Notes: a model not told the origin generated them from the sequence alone. Positions 31,272 to 41,530 are shown, numbered from the stretch's first letter. The stretch is DNA of 64,000 bases from Planctomycetota bacterium (GCA_965223545.1 OZ245006.1:1952001-2016000); one strand, 5' to 3'. Program-made: numbers and translations.

Positions 31272-33093
31272 TGCCGCTCTCCAGCTCCTCCAAGGAGGCG
31301 TGCGCGATCGCACCGAGGTCGTCCGGCGGCGCCGGCCGCTCCCACTTCTCGATCTCCATGCCGTCGGCACCCTTGCGAATGATGACGTTGTACTTCAGCC
31401 ACTCGTCGCGCTCACCCTCGTAGTCGAGACGCGTGTGCGCTCCTCGGCTCTCCTGCCGCATCAGCGCGGCCCGGGTGGTGGCTTCCGCCGAGACCAACAG
31501 GTTGCGCAGATCCAAGGCCTCGTGCCAACCCGGGTTGTACTGGCTCGTGGCGTGGGCCTTGACCACCGCGGCGTCTGCCTTGATCGGCTCGAGCTCGTCC
31601 AGGCCGGCGGCCAGGTCCTCCTCGGTGCGAACGATGCCGCAGCGCGCCTCCATGGTCTCCTGCAGCCGCTCGTGCACGACGTACGGGTTGGGACCCGACT
31701 CGCGGTTGAGGATGTCGGTCGCCTCGCGCATCGTCGCGCCGACCTGATCCTCGATGACCTCCGGTGTCGACGTCAGCCCACCGACGTACTCGGCGGCACC
31801 GACGCCGGCCAGCCGACCGAACACCAGCAGGTCGGACAGCGAGTTGCCGCCCAAGCGGTTGGCACCGTGCAGGCCGGCGGCGCACTCGCCGCAGGCGAAC
31901 AGGCCGGGCACGTTGGTCATCTGCGTGGTGGCGTCGACGCGGATGCCACCCATGTAGTAGTGCAGCGTCGGCCCGACCTCCATCGGCTGCGCGGTGATGT
32001 CGACCTCGGCCAGCTCCTTGAACTGGTGGTACATCGACGGCAGCTTGCGCTTGATGAACTCGGCGTCGCGCCGCGAGGCGATGTCCAAGAACGCGCCGCC
32101 GTGCGGCGAACCGCGGCCGGCCTTGACCTCCGCGGTGATCGCGCGCGCCACCACGTCGCGGGTCAGCAGCTCGGGTGGACGGCGCGCCTCGCGGTCGCCG
32201 GCCAACCAGCGCGCCGCCTCGTCCTCCGAGTCCGCCGTCTCCGGCGCGAAACGCTCGGGGATGTAGTCGAACATGAAGCGCACGCCGTCCTTGTTCTTGA
32301 GGATGCCGCCGTCACCGCGCACGCCCTCGGTGACCAGCGTGCCCCGCACCGAAGGTGGCCACACCATGCCGGTCGGGTGGAACTGGGTGAACTCCATGTC
32401 CATCAACTCGGCGCCGGCGCGGTAGGCCATGCCAAAGCCATCGCCGCTGTACTCCCAGCTGTTGGACGTCACGCGCCAGCACTTGCCGGCACCGCCGGTG
32501 GCGAAGATGACCGCCTTGGCCTTGAACAGCACGAAGCGTCCGGTCTCGCGCCAATAGCCGAGGACCCCACTCACCCGACCGTCATCCAGCATGACGTCGA
32601 GGGCCGTGCACTCCATGTGCACGGCGAAGCCCTGGTGAATGCCGTGATCCTGCAGGGTGCGGATCATCTCGAGGCCGGTCCGGTCGCCGACGTGCGCCAG
32701 TCGCGGATAGCGGTGACCGCCGAAGTTGCGCTGGCTGATCAGGCCGTCGGCGGTGCGGTCGAACACCGCGCCCCACTCCTCCAACTCGTGCACGCGATCC
32801 GGCGCCTGCTCCGCGTGCAGCTGCGCCATCCGCCAGTTGTTGAGGAACTTGCCGCCGCGCATCGTGTCGCGGAAGTGGATCTTCCAGCCATCGCGCTGGT
32901 CGACGTTGCCCAGCGCGGCCGCCATCCCGCCCTCGGCCATGACGGTGTGCGCCTTGCCCAGCAGCGACTTGCAGACGATGCCGGTGTCGAGGCCGCGCGC
33001 AGAGCTCTCGATCGCCGCGCGCAGACCGGCGCCACCGGCGCCGACGACGACGACGTCGTGCTCGAAGGTTTGCAGCTCGGAGAGATTGACCAT
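31264..33093 (-). CDS. sdhA: Succinate dehydrogenase/fumarate reductase flavoprotein
   Basis: GAGGAG, AHTVMAEGG, QFHPT, TEGVRGDGG, HYYMGG, HGANRLGGNSL, ESRGAH. Confidence 0.95.
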   Translation of the reverse strand: MVNLSELQTFEHDVVVVGAGGAGLRAAIESSARGLDTGIVCKSLLGKAHTVMAEGGMAAALGNVDQRDGWKIHFRDTMRGGKFLNNWRMAQLHAEQAPDRVHELEEWGAVFDRTADGLISQRNFGGHRYPRLAHVGDRTGLEMIRTLQDHGIHQGFAVHMECTALDVMLDDGRVSGVLGYWRETGRFVLFKAKAVIFATGGAGKCWRVTSNSWEYSGDGFGMAYRAGAELMDMEFTQFHPTGMVWPPSVRGTLVTEGVRGDGGILKNKDGVRFMFDYIPERFAPETADSEDEAARWLAGDREARRPPELLTRDVVARAITAEVKAGRGSPHGGAFLDIASRRDAEFIKRKLPSMYHQFKELAEVDITAQPMEVGPTLHYYMGGIRVDATTQMTNVPGLFACGECAAGLHGANRLGGNSLSDLLVFGRLAGVGAAEYVGGLTSTPEVIEDQVGATMREATDILNRESGPNPYVVHERLQETMEARCGIVRTEEDLAAGLDELEPIKADAAVVKAHATSQYNPGWHEALDLRNLLVSAEATTRAALMRQESRGAHTRLDYEGERDEWLKYNVIIRKGADGMEIEKWERPAPPDDLGAIAHASLEELESGNG

Positions 33094-33109
33094 CGCGTTC
33101 GTTCCGCCC

Positions 33110-33961
33110 TCAGTCCCAGGTGTTGAAGTCGCGGAGGTAGCCCATCGACACCATGCGCACGTAGAAGTCGGTGAAGCCGACCCAGATCAAGCTCAGCCAC
33201 GCGAACAGCTGGTGGCGCGCGTTGAGCCAGCTGACCTTTTGCCACAGCTTGTACGACAGCGTCGGCTGCCCTTGCCGAGTGAAGGTGTTGCGCCGGCCGC
33301 CGATCAGGTGACGCCAAGAGTGGCAGCCGAAGGTGTAGCCCGCGAGCAGGATCGCGTTGACGAACATCACCAGCGAACCGACACCGATGCCGAAGTGCAG
33401 CTCACCGCCGACCTCGCGAAACAGCGAGATCACCGCGTCGTAGGTCAGGATGACGATGAACGCGACCGCGAAGTAGAGCGCGTAGCGGTGCAGGTTCTGG
33501 AACAACAGCAACCGCGTCTCGCCCTTGTAGTTGGCCTGACCGATCGGACACACCGCGCAGCCCGGTGGCGTGGCGGCGAACGACCGGTAGTAGGCCTTGC
33601 GGTAGTAGTAGCAGGTGAAGCGGAACGTGCCTGGAAACACCAGGATGAAGAACGCGGGCGACGCCGGCAGGAACGACGGCCACCAGCTCGGCCAGGCGCC
33701 GAACCACGCGTGGTGCGCCGGCGCCGCACCCACCGTTCCGGGCGGACTCGCGAACAGGACCGGGGAGTAGAACGGCGACAGGTAGGAGCCCCAGTAGTAG
33801 TGCTCCCCCTGGAACGCCGCCCACGTCGAGTAGATCACGAATGCGCCGAGGCCGAACACGGTCAACGCCGGTCCGACCCACCAGCGGTCGGTTCGCGCCG
33901 TCTTGCCGAACGACGTCTCGTGGCCACCCGGAATCGACGGAGCAGAGGCGGTGGTGGTCAT
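33110..33961 (-). CDS. Succinate dehydrogenase single membrane anchor (mycobacterial Sdh1/Rv0249c-like)
   Basis: YLSPFYSP, FRFTCYYYRKAYYRSF, QNLHRY, GCHSWRH, H..FAW.SL; directly upstream of sdhA. Confidence 0.8.
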   Translation of the reverse strand: MTTTASAPSIPGGHETSFGKTARTDRWWVGPALTVFGLGAFVIYSTWAAFQGEHYYWGSYLSPFYSPVLFASPPGTVGAAPAHHAWFGAWPSWWPSFLPASPAFFILVFPGTFRFTCYYYRKAYYRSFAATPPGCAVCPIGQANYKGETRLLLFQNLHRYALYFAVAFIVILTYDAVISLFREVGGELHFGIGVGSLVMFVNAILLAGYTFGCHSWRHLIGGRRNTFTRQGQPTLSYKLWQKVSWLNARHQLFAWLSLIWVGFTDFYVRMVSMGYLRDFNTWD

Positions 33962-34145
33962 GGACGCGCTCACTGAAACCGGGAGCGGGGACCGGGGCAA
34001 GGCGTTTCTGCTGGCCCGGCAACGGCCTTGTCCGGCGTCTTGGGTGCCGCCGCAGCGCTACAGCAGCGTCGCCCTCGGACGACAGCGCTCAACGGAAATC
34101 CGCGCTCAACCGCCGCAGCGAACGGCGAGACGGCGCCCGGAAGCG

Positions 34146-34161
34146 CGGCACACGCGTTGCA
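34146..34161 (+). promoter_or_regulatory. Possible sigma-54 (-24/-12) promoter
   Basis: CGGCAC-ACGCG-TTGCA with GG-N10-GC spacing, just before ATG 34173. Confidence 0.3.
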
Positions 34162-34172
34162 CCGGCAAGGGC

Positions 34173-34409
34173 ATGAAAAACGCGACCTCGAGCCTTGCCC
34201 GCACCACCGGGCGCCTCGCCGCGGCGGCGGCCCTGTTGCTGATGGCGGGCAGCTTGACCGGCTGCCACGCGATCCTCGCGCACCACTTCTTGCACCACCA
34301 CGGCCACCACCACTCGCACCGGCACCACCAGCATCGCCACACGGTGGTCCACCCGGCGCCCCGACCTCACGTGCACGTCATCCCACGCCGGCGGGCCCGC
34401 TGTCGCTGA
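34173..34409 (+). CDS. Small His-rich putative lipoprotein (78 aa)
   Basis: MKN...LAAAAALLLMAGSLTG-C lipobox; 17 His in the 48-aa mature part; fills an otherwise empty gap. Confidence 0.6.
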   Translation: MKNATSSLARTTGRLAAAAALLLMAGSLTGCHAILAHHFLHHHGHHHSHRHHQHRHTVVHPAPRPHVHVIPRRRARCR

Positions 34410-34443
34410 GCCGTGCGTGGGGCGGATCGCCCCTCCCCTCGTT

Positions 34444-35643
34444 TCAACGCGGGCGCCAGGGCAACTGCGCGGTCGAGGCGGTGACCTGGCGCCGCGAAAA
34501 CACCAGCCAACGCCCCTCCGGCCGACACCGCCGGTAGCCCAGCAGGTGAAACAGCTCGCGCACCAGCCAGCGGGCAATGCGCGGATCGACCCGCAGGGCA
34601 TCGACGCGATCCGGATGGCGCCGCACGCCGGGCAGCACCGGCACGATCGCGTCCAGTCGCAGCCGGCGCAGCCACCGCGCCAACACCAACCAAAACACCG
34701 CGACCTCGCGCACCAGGAAGAAGCCGTCCTCGCCCTTCCCCTGATACAGCGGCAGCAACACCATGCCGTTCTCGATCGCCACGACCTCGCCGCGCGCGTC
34801 GTCGGCCAGCACGTCGCCCTTGCTCACCGGATCGAAGCTCTGGTAGCCCGGCCGCATGCGAAACCGATCCTGCGGCCGGATGCGGTGGTGGTCGCGCACT
34901 TCGACGACGTGCGGCGCGCCGCGAGAGGCGGCGCCGAGCCGCTCGCGGTGCTGCTCCAGATCGGGCACGTCGTCGGCGGCGATCGCGCCGATCGCGACCA
35001 TCACCAGCCAGATCGCCGCCTCGAGCGCATCCACCGTCGCCGGGTGCTGGTGGCGACCTCCCTCGATCGCGATCGCCGCCAAGCCGCGCTCGTTGAAGTA
35101 CTCCATCACCGCGCCGTCGATGGTCTCCTCGAGGCCGAGGATCACCGGGATCGGCAGCGAGAACGCGATGTGCCGGTTGGGCATGGTGTCACCCATGCAG
35201 CAGAACGGCGGTCCATCGGCGGAGCTGGTGTGCAGATCGAGAAACACCACCGGGCCCGCGCTCTGGCCGACGCAGCGGTCGAACTCGCGCAGCAGCTCGC
35301 GCTGCTCGCGATCCTCCTCGTCGTCGGCGCTCGGGTCCCGGCTCAACAGCGCCGAGACCTGCCCCGACAACCACTGCCGGTTGAGATCGCGCTGCGAGAA
35401 GCGCTCGCCGCGCGCCAAGGCCCCCAGGTTGCCGGCCAGCGCCTCGACCCGACCATGCAGCGGCGCGCCGCGCTGCTGCAGCGAATCCAGCACCCGGCGC
35501 TGCGCCTCCAGGCCGGCCGGCTCGTTGCCGTGCACACCCGCGACGATCACCAGAGTCGGACCGGGCCGGCCCGCGGTGTAGTGGCCGATCAGCCGCTCGG
35601 CCCGACGCCCCTCGGGGGGTGGAATGACCGCGTTGCCATTCAC
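34444..35643 (-). CDS. Succinylglutamate desuccinylase/aspartoacylase (M14-like) family protein
   Basis: GVHGNEPAG, RF..RDLNR, DLHTSS, EGGRH, LPLYQGKGEDGF. GTGA-coupled to the upstream gene. Confidence 0.88.
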   Translation of the reverse strand: MNGNAVIPPPEGRRAERLIGHYTAGRPGPTLVIVAGVHGNEPAGLEAQRRVLDSLQQRGAPLHGRVEALAGNLGALARGERFSQRDLNRQWLSGQVSALLSRDPSADDEEDREQRELLREFDRCVGQSAGPVVFLDLHTSSADGPPFCCMGDTMPNRHIAFSLPIPVILGLEETIDGAVMEYFNERGLAAIAIEGGRHQHPATVDALEAAIWLVMVAIGAIAADDVPDLEQHRERLGAASRGAPHVVEVRDHHRIRPQDRFRMRPGYQSFDPVSKGDVLADDARGEVVAIENGMVLLPLYQGKGEDGFFLVREVAVFWLVLARWLRRLRLDAIVPVLPGVRRHPDRVDALRVDPRIARWLVRELFHLLGYRRCRPEGRWLVFSRRQVTASTAQLPWRPR

Positions 35644-37568
35644 GAGTCTATGGACTCCCGTAGATGCTCCTCGAACAGGCGAGCCGCGACGCCGATCAGA
35701 TCGCGCTCGGTGATGATGCCGACCAACCGCCCGGCCTCGACCACGGGCAGACAACCGACCTGCTGCTCGCGCATCAGCTCGATCGCGCGCAGGGTGGGCG
35801 TCTCCGGCCCGACGGTGACCGGATCTCGCTTCATCACGTCGCGCACGCAGAACGACTCGCCGCGCTCGCGATCGATACCGCGGCCGACCAACCGCAACAG
35901 CGATCGGTGCGAGACCAGGCCGACGAGCACGCCGTCGGCGTCTTCGACCGGCACGTGGCGAATGTGCTCCCACTCCATCAAGCTGGCCGCCAGGTCGACG
36001 ATGTCTCCCGGTTGCACGGTGAACAGGTCGGTGGTCATGAACTGACCGACCTGCAAGTAGCTGGTGCGCCAATCGCCGAGCTCGTCGAGGCTGCAAAGCT
36101 CCCAGTGGTGCACCGGCATCCCCGCCTCTTGGCGCTCGGCCGCACCGAGCGTCAACGCGCGCATTCTCTGATCGCCCGTGCCCTGCCTTCCCATCGCCGC
36201 CAGCGAATCGAGCGCCCAGCGCGCGCCGGTGCGCCCGGCCTTGACGCGATCCTCCAGCACGCCGAGGTACTCGTCGATGTCGGCGCTGGCGACGCCGCGG
36301 CCAGCGAGCCCTTGGCGGGCAAGCGGCGCCAGGTGATCGAGGATCAGCCGGGCGGCCGGGTAGGTCTTGCCGTGGATCCAAGTCAAGTGTCCCTCCAGGC
36401 CACGGCGCGCCGCAGTGACGAAGTTCTCCTTGGCGTGATCGAAGTCCATGACGCGGTGGATCTCACCGAATTCGTCGACGAGGGCGGACATCAGGCCGAA
36501 GAAGAACGCCGCGTTGGCCATCTCATCGCGAATTGTGGGCCCCGCCGGCAGCACCCGATTCTCGATCCGCAGGTGAGCGACGCCGGCGTTCACCCCGTAG
36601 CAGGCCCGGTTCCAGCGATACACCGTACCGTTGTGCAAGCGCAGTGCCGGCAGGGATGGTACCTCGCCGCGCGCGACCATCTCCTCCGGGTCCTCACCGG
36701 CCTCGGTGGACAACAGAACGCGGAACCGAGCGATGTCCTCGCGGTAGATCTCGAGCGCCGAGCTCTCCACCCAGGAGTCGCCGAAGCTGACGCGGGGCCG
36801 TTGGCCGCGCGCGGTCTGCAGTTGGCTGCGGACGTCCACCGACTGCTGGAACAGCGCGACTCGGGTCTCCTTCCACAAGCGCTTGCCCAGCAACACCGGC
36901 GAGTTGACCGCCGCCGCTAACACCGGCCCGGTGATTGCCTGGGCGAGGTTGTAGAGCTTGGCGAACTCCGGCCCGGCCACCTGGAAGTGGACCTGAAAGC
37001 TCGTGTTGCACGACTCCAGCATCACGTTGTCGTGGGTGATGTCGAAGTCGTCGATCCCCTTGATGCGGAAATCGAACGCGCCGCCGCGCAACGCGCACAT
37101 GGCGTCGTTGAGCGCCAGGTAGCGCGGGTTCGGGGTCATGCTGTCGAGACCGAGATCGCGCCGCTGCAAGGTCGGCAGGATACCGGTCAACAACACGCGG
37201 GCATCGCACGCGGCCGCCGCCTCGCGGGCGTGCTGGACCAGGGTCTGCAGCTCGTCCTCCATGCGACGCAGCGCGTCACCGCTCAGCTCGTACGGAGAGA
37301 GGTTGGCTTCGAGGTTGAACAGCGCCAGCTCGGTGGTGAACTGATCGTGGCCGAGGTGGTCGAGCACGCGCGTCGCCACTGGTGCGGGACGGCCGCCGTG
37401 GTCGAGCAGAAACATCTCCTGCTCGGCGCCGATGCGGCGCACACCCGACTCGATCATGCCGGAGTCGAGCATCCGCTCCAACGCGCGCACGTCGGCCAAG
37501 AGATGCCGCGTGAACGAGCGCAGCTCGTCGTCGTTCAGCCGTCCGGAGACCTTGTCGTGCTGCCCCAT
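35640..37568 (-). CDS. Glutamate-cysteine ligase (GCS2) family protein with C-terminal CBS pair
   Basis: IGAEQE, TELALFNLEAN, ESCNTSFQVH, HNGTVYRWNR, HLRIENRVLPAGPT; CBS 'IRHVPVED', 'GCLPVVE..LVGIITERD'. Confidence 0.9.
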   Translation of the reverse strand: MGQHDKVSGRLNDDELRSFTRHLLADVRALERMLDSGMIESGVRRIGAEQEMFLLDHGGRPAPVATRVLDHLGHDQFTTELALFNLEANLSPYELSGDALRRMEDELQTLVQHAREAAAACDARVLLTGILPTLQRRDLGLDSMTPNPRYLALNDAMCALRGGAFDFRIKGIDDFDITHDNVMLESCNTSFQVHFQVAGPEFAKLYNLAQAITGPVLAAAVNSPVLLGKRLWKETRVALFQQSVDVRSQLQTARGQRPRVSFGDSWVESSALEIYREDIARFRVLLSTEAGEDPEEMVARGEVPSLPALRLHNGTVYRWNRACYGVNAGVAHLRIENRVLPAGPTIRDEMANAAFFFGLMSALVDEFGEIHRVMDFDHAKENFVTAARRGLEGHLTWIHGKTYPAARLILDHLAPLARQGLAGRGVASADIDEYLGVLEDRVKAGRTGARWALDSLAAMGRQGTGDQRMRALTLGAAERQEAGMPVHHWELCSLDELGDWRTSYLQVGQFMTTDLFTVQPGDIVDLAASLMEWEHIRHVPVEDADGVLVGLVSHRSLLRLVGRGIDRERGESFCVRDVMKRDPVTVGPETPTLRAIELMREQQVGCLPVVEAGRLVGIITERDLIGVAARLFEEHLRESIDS

Positions 37569-37689
37569 GGCGCGTCGCGCGCAGTGCGCGCGCATCAGCA
37601 GAACGCCAGACGCAGCCGCGCACAAGCGGCAAACGCGGCGGGGGGGGCAGGGCCAACGGGGGCGGCCCTCCGTGGCCGCCCCCATGTGC

Positions 37690-37890
37690 GTCCGGGGCCG
37701 AGAATCTTCGAGCGGCGACAACACTTCCGAAGGCCGGTTGTCGTCGGGATTTCGATACCGCAACTCCCGGCCGCTGAGAAGCAACACTGGCGTCTGCGCT
37801 CAGCGCGGCCGTCCGGCACCGTTGGATTCGCGGGCTCCGCTAGTGTCGCGGCGCACTCGGTCTTTGGTTGCGGCCCCGGCCGCGCTGAGG
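37690..37890 (+). repeat. 201-bp structured intergenic element, copy A (MITE/REP-like or ncRNA)
   Basis: Ungapped inverted match to 50010-50210; 18 mismatches by hand count. Confidence 0.9.
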
Positions 37891-37893
37891 CAC

Positions 37894-40812
37894 TCAGCTG
37901 CCGACGACGAGCTCGAGGCCGTTGGTGGCGATCACGCCCAGCGGGTTGGCCGGCGGATCGACGGCGAACCACTGGATGTCGACGGCACCGCCGATCAAGC
38001 CCGGGTTGTTGGGGATCCCCACCGGCACCACGTTCTTGCCGATGGCGTCGGAGAACGAAGGCAGTGACACCATGGGCTGCGTGGCCAAGGTGCAACCCGG
38101 CATGCCGATGCCACCGAGCGGCAGCGCGGTGCGGGGCGCGCCAAAGGCGAGGATCAACGGCGCGGTCGGGGGCGCCGACGTCAGATACATCTGCACCGGC
38201 TGGCCGATGCCAGGCCGCCCCCGCCCGCTGGCGCGCGGCAGGCTGCCGTTGCTGCCAACGCAGCCGACGCCGTAGCTCTCGAAGAAACCCGGGTTGGCCG
38301 GCAAGACGCTGTGCAGGAACTGCACCAGGCCGGACTCGGGGCCATTGGGGTCCGCGGTGGGCGCACCGACGGCGATCTCGGCACGGCCGTCACCGTTGAC
38401 GTCCGGCAGCGAGAGCATCGAGGTGCCGAACAGATCGCCCGGATTGGCGCCACCGAAATTGAGCAGGGGCGGGCCACCGAAACGGCCGGAGATCACCGCG
38501 ACCGCGCCCGCGTCGACGCCGACCACGGTGTCGGCGCGGGGCGCGCCGGCCAGGTAGTCGACGATCCCGTCGGAGTCGATGTCGCCGGCGGCGGCGACAG
38601 AACCGCCGAGCTGGTCGCCCGGGCCCGCGCCGCGGTTCTCGAACAGGACCGCGCCGCTGGCGCCGGAGAACACCCGGACGAAGCCGGCGACGGCACCGTT
38701 CTGATTGCCCCACGGAGCGCCGACGACGAAGTCGTTGACGCCATCGCCGTCGATGTCGCCACCGAGCCCGGCCACCGACTGACCGAAGGCATCGCCGGTG
38801 CGCGTTCCCCAGCGCGAGTAGAGGGTCGTGCCGTCCACTCCCGAGCACACCCGCACGGTGCCGCGGCCGACGGCCACGGGCACCAGCTGCGGACCACCGG
38901 CGACGAAGTCGTCGACCCCATCGCCGTTGAGGTCACCGATCCGTGCCACGGACACGCCAAGCCACTCGCTGTTCAGCGTGCCATCGACGCTGTAGAGCTG
39001 GGTCCCCGACTGGCCGGAGTAGACCACGACGGTACCGCGCGTGGTCAGCGCCTCGGGCGCGCCCGCCATGTAGTCGTCGATGCCATCGTTGTCGACATCG
39101 CCCAGGCCATCGACGGCGGAGCCGAGCCGATCGCCGAGAGCGGCGCCGAAGTGCGTGCGCAGCTCCGCGCCGGTCGCCCCGGAGTACAGGCGCACCAGCC
39201 CGGCGTTGGCGCCGTTGGTGCGGTCGCCGTGCGCGCCGACGATGATGTCCGACACGCCGTCGTTGTCCACATCCCCGGCATCGCCGACGGCGGAGCCGAG
39301 CTCGTCTTGACTGTCGTCACCTTCGAAGGTGAACAGCACGGAGCGGTCGCTGCCGGAGTAGACCCGGACCACGCCGTTGCGGGTGCGCCCCAGGGTGGAC
39401 TCCTGCATGGCGCCGACGACGAAGTCGTCGACTCCGTCGCCATTGAGATCGCCGAGCCGCGCCATGCGACGCCCGAACAAGGCATTGCTGGCGGCCGGCG
39501 CCAGAGTGCCGGCGTCCGAGTACTCGCATGGCACCGCCTGGAACAGGTACGCGGTTCCGGCATCGGCGTTGGCACCGACGTCCACCAGGCTCGCGCCGAT
39601 CACCAGATCGCCGAGGCCGTCGCGGTTGACATCGCCGGCAAACGCCACGGCCACGCCGAACCAATCCGCATCGTTTTCACCGCGCTGCGAGCAAAGCGGC
39701 GTGCCGTCGGCGCCGGAGTACACCGTCGCGAACCCGGCGTCGGTGCGCGGCGTGTCGCGCCACGGCGAACCAACGATCACGTCCGAGCGGCCATCGCCGT
39801 CGTAGTCGTGGCCGCCGCCGACCGAAGTACCGAACGCATCGCCGGCGAACAGACCATCGAAGGACAGCAGCTGAGAGCCGTCCGCCCCCGACATCACGCG
39901 CGCGCTACCGGCATCAGCCGCCTTGTTGTCGTCGTTCGGCACGCCGAGGATGACGTCACTCATGCCATCGCCGTCGACGTCGCCGGCGCGGAACACTGCA
40001 AAGCCGAGGTGGTCGCCGGGCGAATCGCCGACGAACGCGTGCAGCACACTGCCATCGACGCCGGAGTACACCCGGGCCAAGCCGGACCCATTGCCGTTGT
40101 TGTCGTCGACGGGTGCGCCGACGATGACGTCGGCGAAGCAATCCCCATTGACGTCGCCGGCATGCGCGACCGACCAACCGAACGCGTCGTCCATCGAGTC
40201 ACCGGCAAAGCCGTGCAGCAGGCTGCCGTCCCGACCGGAGAACACGCGCACATAGCCGGCCCCCACCCCGGGGCCCTTCTGCGGCGCGCCGACGATGACG
40301 TCGTCGAAACCGTCGTTGTTGACGTCACCGCCACCACCGACGGCGTAGCCGAACCAATCGTTGGCGCCGCTGCCGTCGAACACGTGCAGCACGGTGCCGT
40401 CGAGACCCGAATAGACCACCGCGCGACCGGCGTCGGCAGCGGCGGTGTCGTTCCGCGGCGCGCCGACGATCACATCGTGGCGGCCATCGCCGTTGACGTC
40501 ACCGGCGCCGCTGACGGCAAAGCCGAACTGGTCGCCGGCGGCGTCGCCGTTGAGCGTGCGCAGCACGGCACCGGTTGCACCCGAAGCCAGAATGACCGCA
40601 CCGCCATCGGCGCCGACCGTGTCGTCGAGCGGTGCACCGAGCGCGACATCGCTGCGGCCGTCACCATCGAGGTCACCGACACCGGCAACTGCCGCGCCGA
40701 GGTTGTCACCCCCGGCGGCGCCGGCGAATGTGTGCAGAGGTCCCTGCGCGGCGCCGAACGTCGCCAGGGCCGCAGCGGTGGCTGCGACGAGGAGAGGGGA
40801 GGAAGCTTGCAT
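37894..40812 (-). CDS. Exported FG-GAP repeat protein (probably two propellers) with the shared C-terminal module
   Basis: Signal ending AAQ, about 14 'FG..V..AGDVNGDG..DVIVGAP' repeats, C-terminal YGVGC...GMPGCTL...IPNNPGLIG...QW..ANPLG..TNG. Confidence 0.9.
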   Translation of the reverse strand: MQASSPLLVAATAAALATFGAAQGPLHTFAGAAGGDNLGAAVAGVGDLDGDGRSDVALGAPLDDTVGADGGAVILASGATGAVLRTLNGDAAGDQFGFAVSGAGDVNGDGRHDVIVGAPRNDTAAADAGRAVVYSGLDGTVLHVFDGSGANDWFGYAVGGGGDVNNDGFDDVIVGAPQKGPGVGAGYVRVFSGRDGSLLHGFAGDSMDDAFGWSVAHAGDVNGDCFADVIVGAPVDDNNGNGSGLARVYSGVDGSVLHAFVGDSPGDHLGFAVFRAGDVDGDGMSDVILGVPNDDNKAADAGSARVMSGADGSQLLSFDGLFAGDAFGTSVGGGHDYDGDGRSDVIVGSPWRDTPRTDAGFATVYSGADGTPLCSQRGENDADWFGVAVAFAGDVNRDGLGDLVIGASLVDVGANADAGTAYLFQAVPCEYSDAGTLAPAASNALFGRRMARLGDLNGDGVDDFVVGAMQESTLGRTRNGVVRVYSGSDRSVLFTFEGDDSQDELGSAVGDAGDVDNDGVSDIIVGAHGDRTNGANAGLVRLYSGATGAELRTHFGAALGDRLGSAVDGLGDVDNDGIDDYMAGAPEALTTRGTVVVYSGQSGTQLYSVDGTLNSEWLGVSVARIGDLNGDGVDDFVAGGPQLVPVAVGRGTVRVCSGVDGTTLYSRWGTRTGDAFGQSVAGLGGDIDGDGVNDFVVGAPWGNQNGAVAGFVRVFSGASGAVLFENRGAGPGDQLGGSVAAAGDIDSDGIVDYLAGAPRADTVVGVDAGAVAVISGRFGGPPLLNFGGANPGDLFGTSMLSLPDVNGDGRAEIAVGAPTADPNGPESGLVQFLHSVLPANPGFFESYGVGCVGSNGSLPRASGRGRPGIGQPVQMYLTSAPPTAPLILAFGAPRTALPLGGIGMPGCTLATQPMVSLPSFSDAIGKNVVPVGIPNNPGLIGGAVDIQWFAVDPPANPLGVIATNGLELVVGS

Positions 40813-40939
40813 CGGAGGATTCCAAAGGGAGTGTGGGCCCGACCGGACCAAAGAGTCGGAGCCCCGGTCAGACCGAAGAACTCTACCTTGCTCTTCGCCG
40901 CAATGCGTTCCGGGTTGGCCCGGAGGAAGACGCCGGGTC

Positions 40940-41530
40940 CTAGACGGCGGCGGCGTGCAGCCGAGGCATCGGCGGCAAGGCGGCGATCACGGCGGCCTCG
41001 TGCCGCGTGAGCTCGACCATCCTGGCGCGCGTGCCCTCCGCCCCGAAACGCTCCACCGCAAAACCAAGGTAGAGGTCGTGGTGGCGTGCCTCGCTGCCGA
41101 CCAGCTCGTGGTAGAGCCCGGCGAGCTCGCGGTCGATCGGCTTCAACGCGTTTTGCAGCAACAGCATGCGCTCGCAGCTCCGGGCCTCGATCAAGGCGTT
41201 GCACAAGAGGGTGTCCAGCAGCCGCTCCGGCTCGTTGCCGCGCACCGCCCCGAGCAGCCGGCGCGCATAGGGGCTCGCTACCTGTGGGCCGAATTGGATC
41301 CCGCGACGCTCGAGCACTGCCAGCACCGCCGCGAAGTGCTCGAGCTCCTCCCTCGCCAGCGCGGCCAGCGGGGCATGCAGGCCGACGTCGGCGGGATAGC
41401 GGAACAGGTAGCGCAGCGCGGCGGCGGCGGCCTTCTTCTCCAGGTGGGCCTGCTCGATCAGGATCTCGTCCAGATGCGGCAGCGCGGCCACCCCCCAATC
41501 GGCGGGCGTCTCCGAGCCGAGGTTCAGCAT
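40940..41530 (-). CDS. miaE: tRNA-(ms2io6A) hydroxylase
   Basis: HLEKKAA, LAREELEHF, LIEARSCER, SEARH diiron motifs. Confidence 0.9.
   Translation of the reverse strand: MLNLGSETPADWGVAALPHLDEILIEQAHLEKKAAAAALRYLFRYPADVGLHAPLAALAREELEHFAAVLAVLERRGIQFGPQVASPYARRLLGAVRGNEPERLLDTLLCNALIEARSCERMLLLQNALKPIDRELAGLYHELVGSEARHHDLYLGFAVERFGAEGTRARMVELTRHEAAVIAALPPMPRLHAAAV

Noticed and set aside
37894..40812. Periodic repeats as a possible CRISPR array
   Set aside because: They are degenerate in-frame FG-GAP coding repeats, with no identical repeat/spacer structure and no cas genes.
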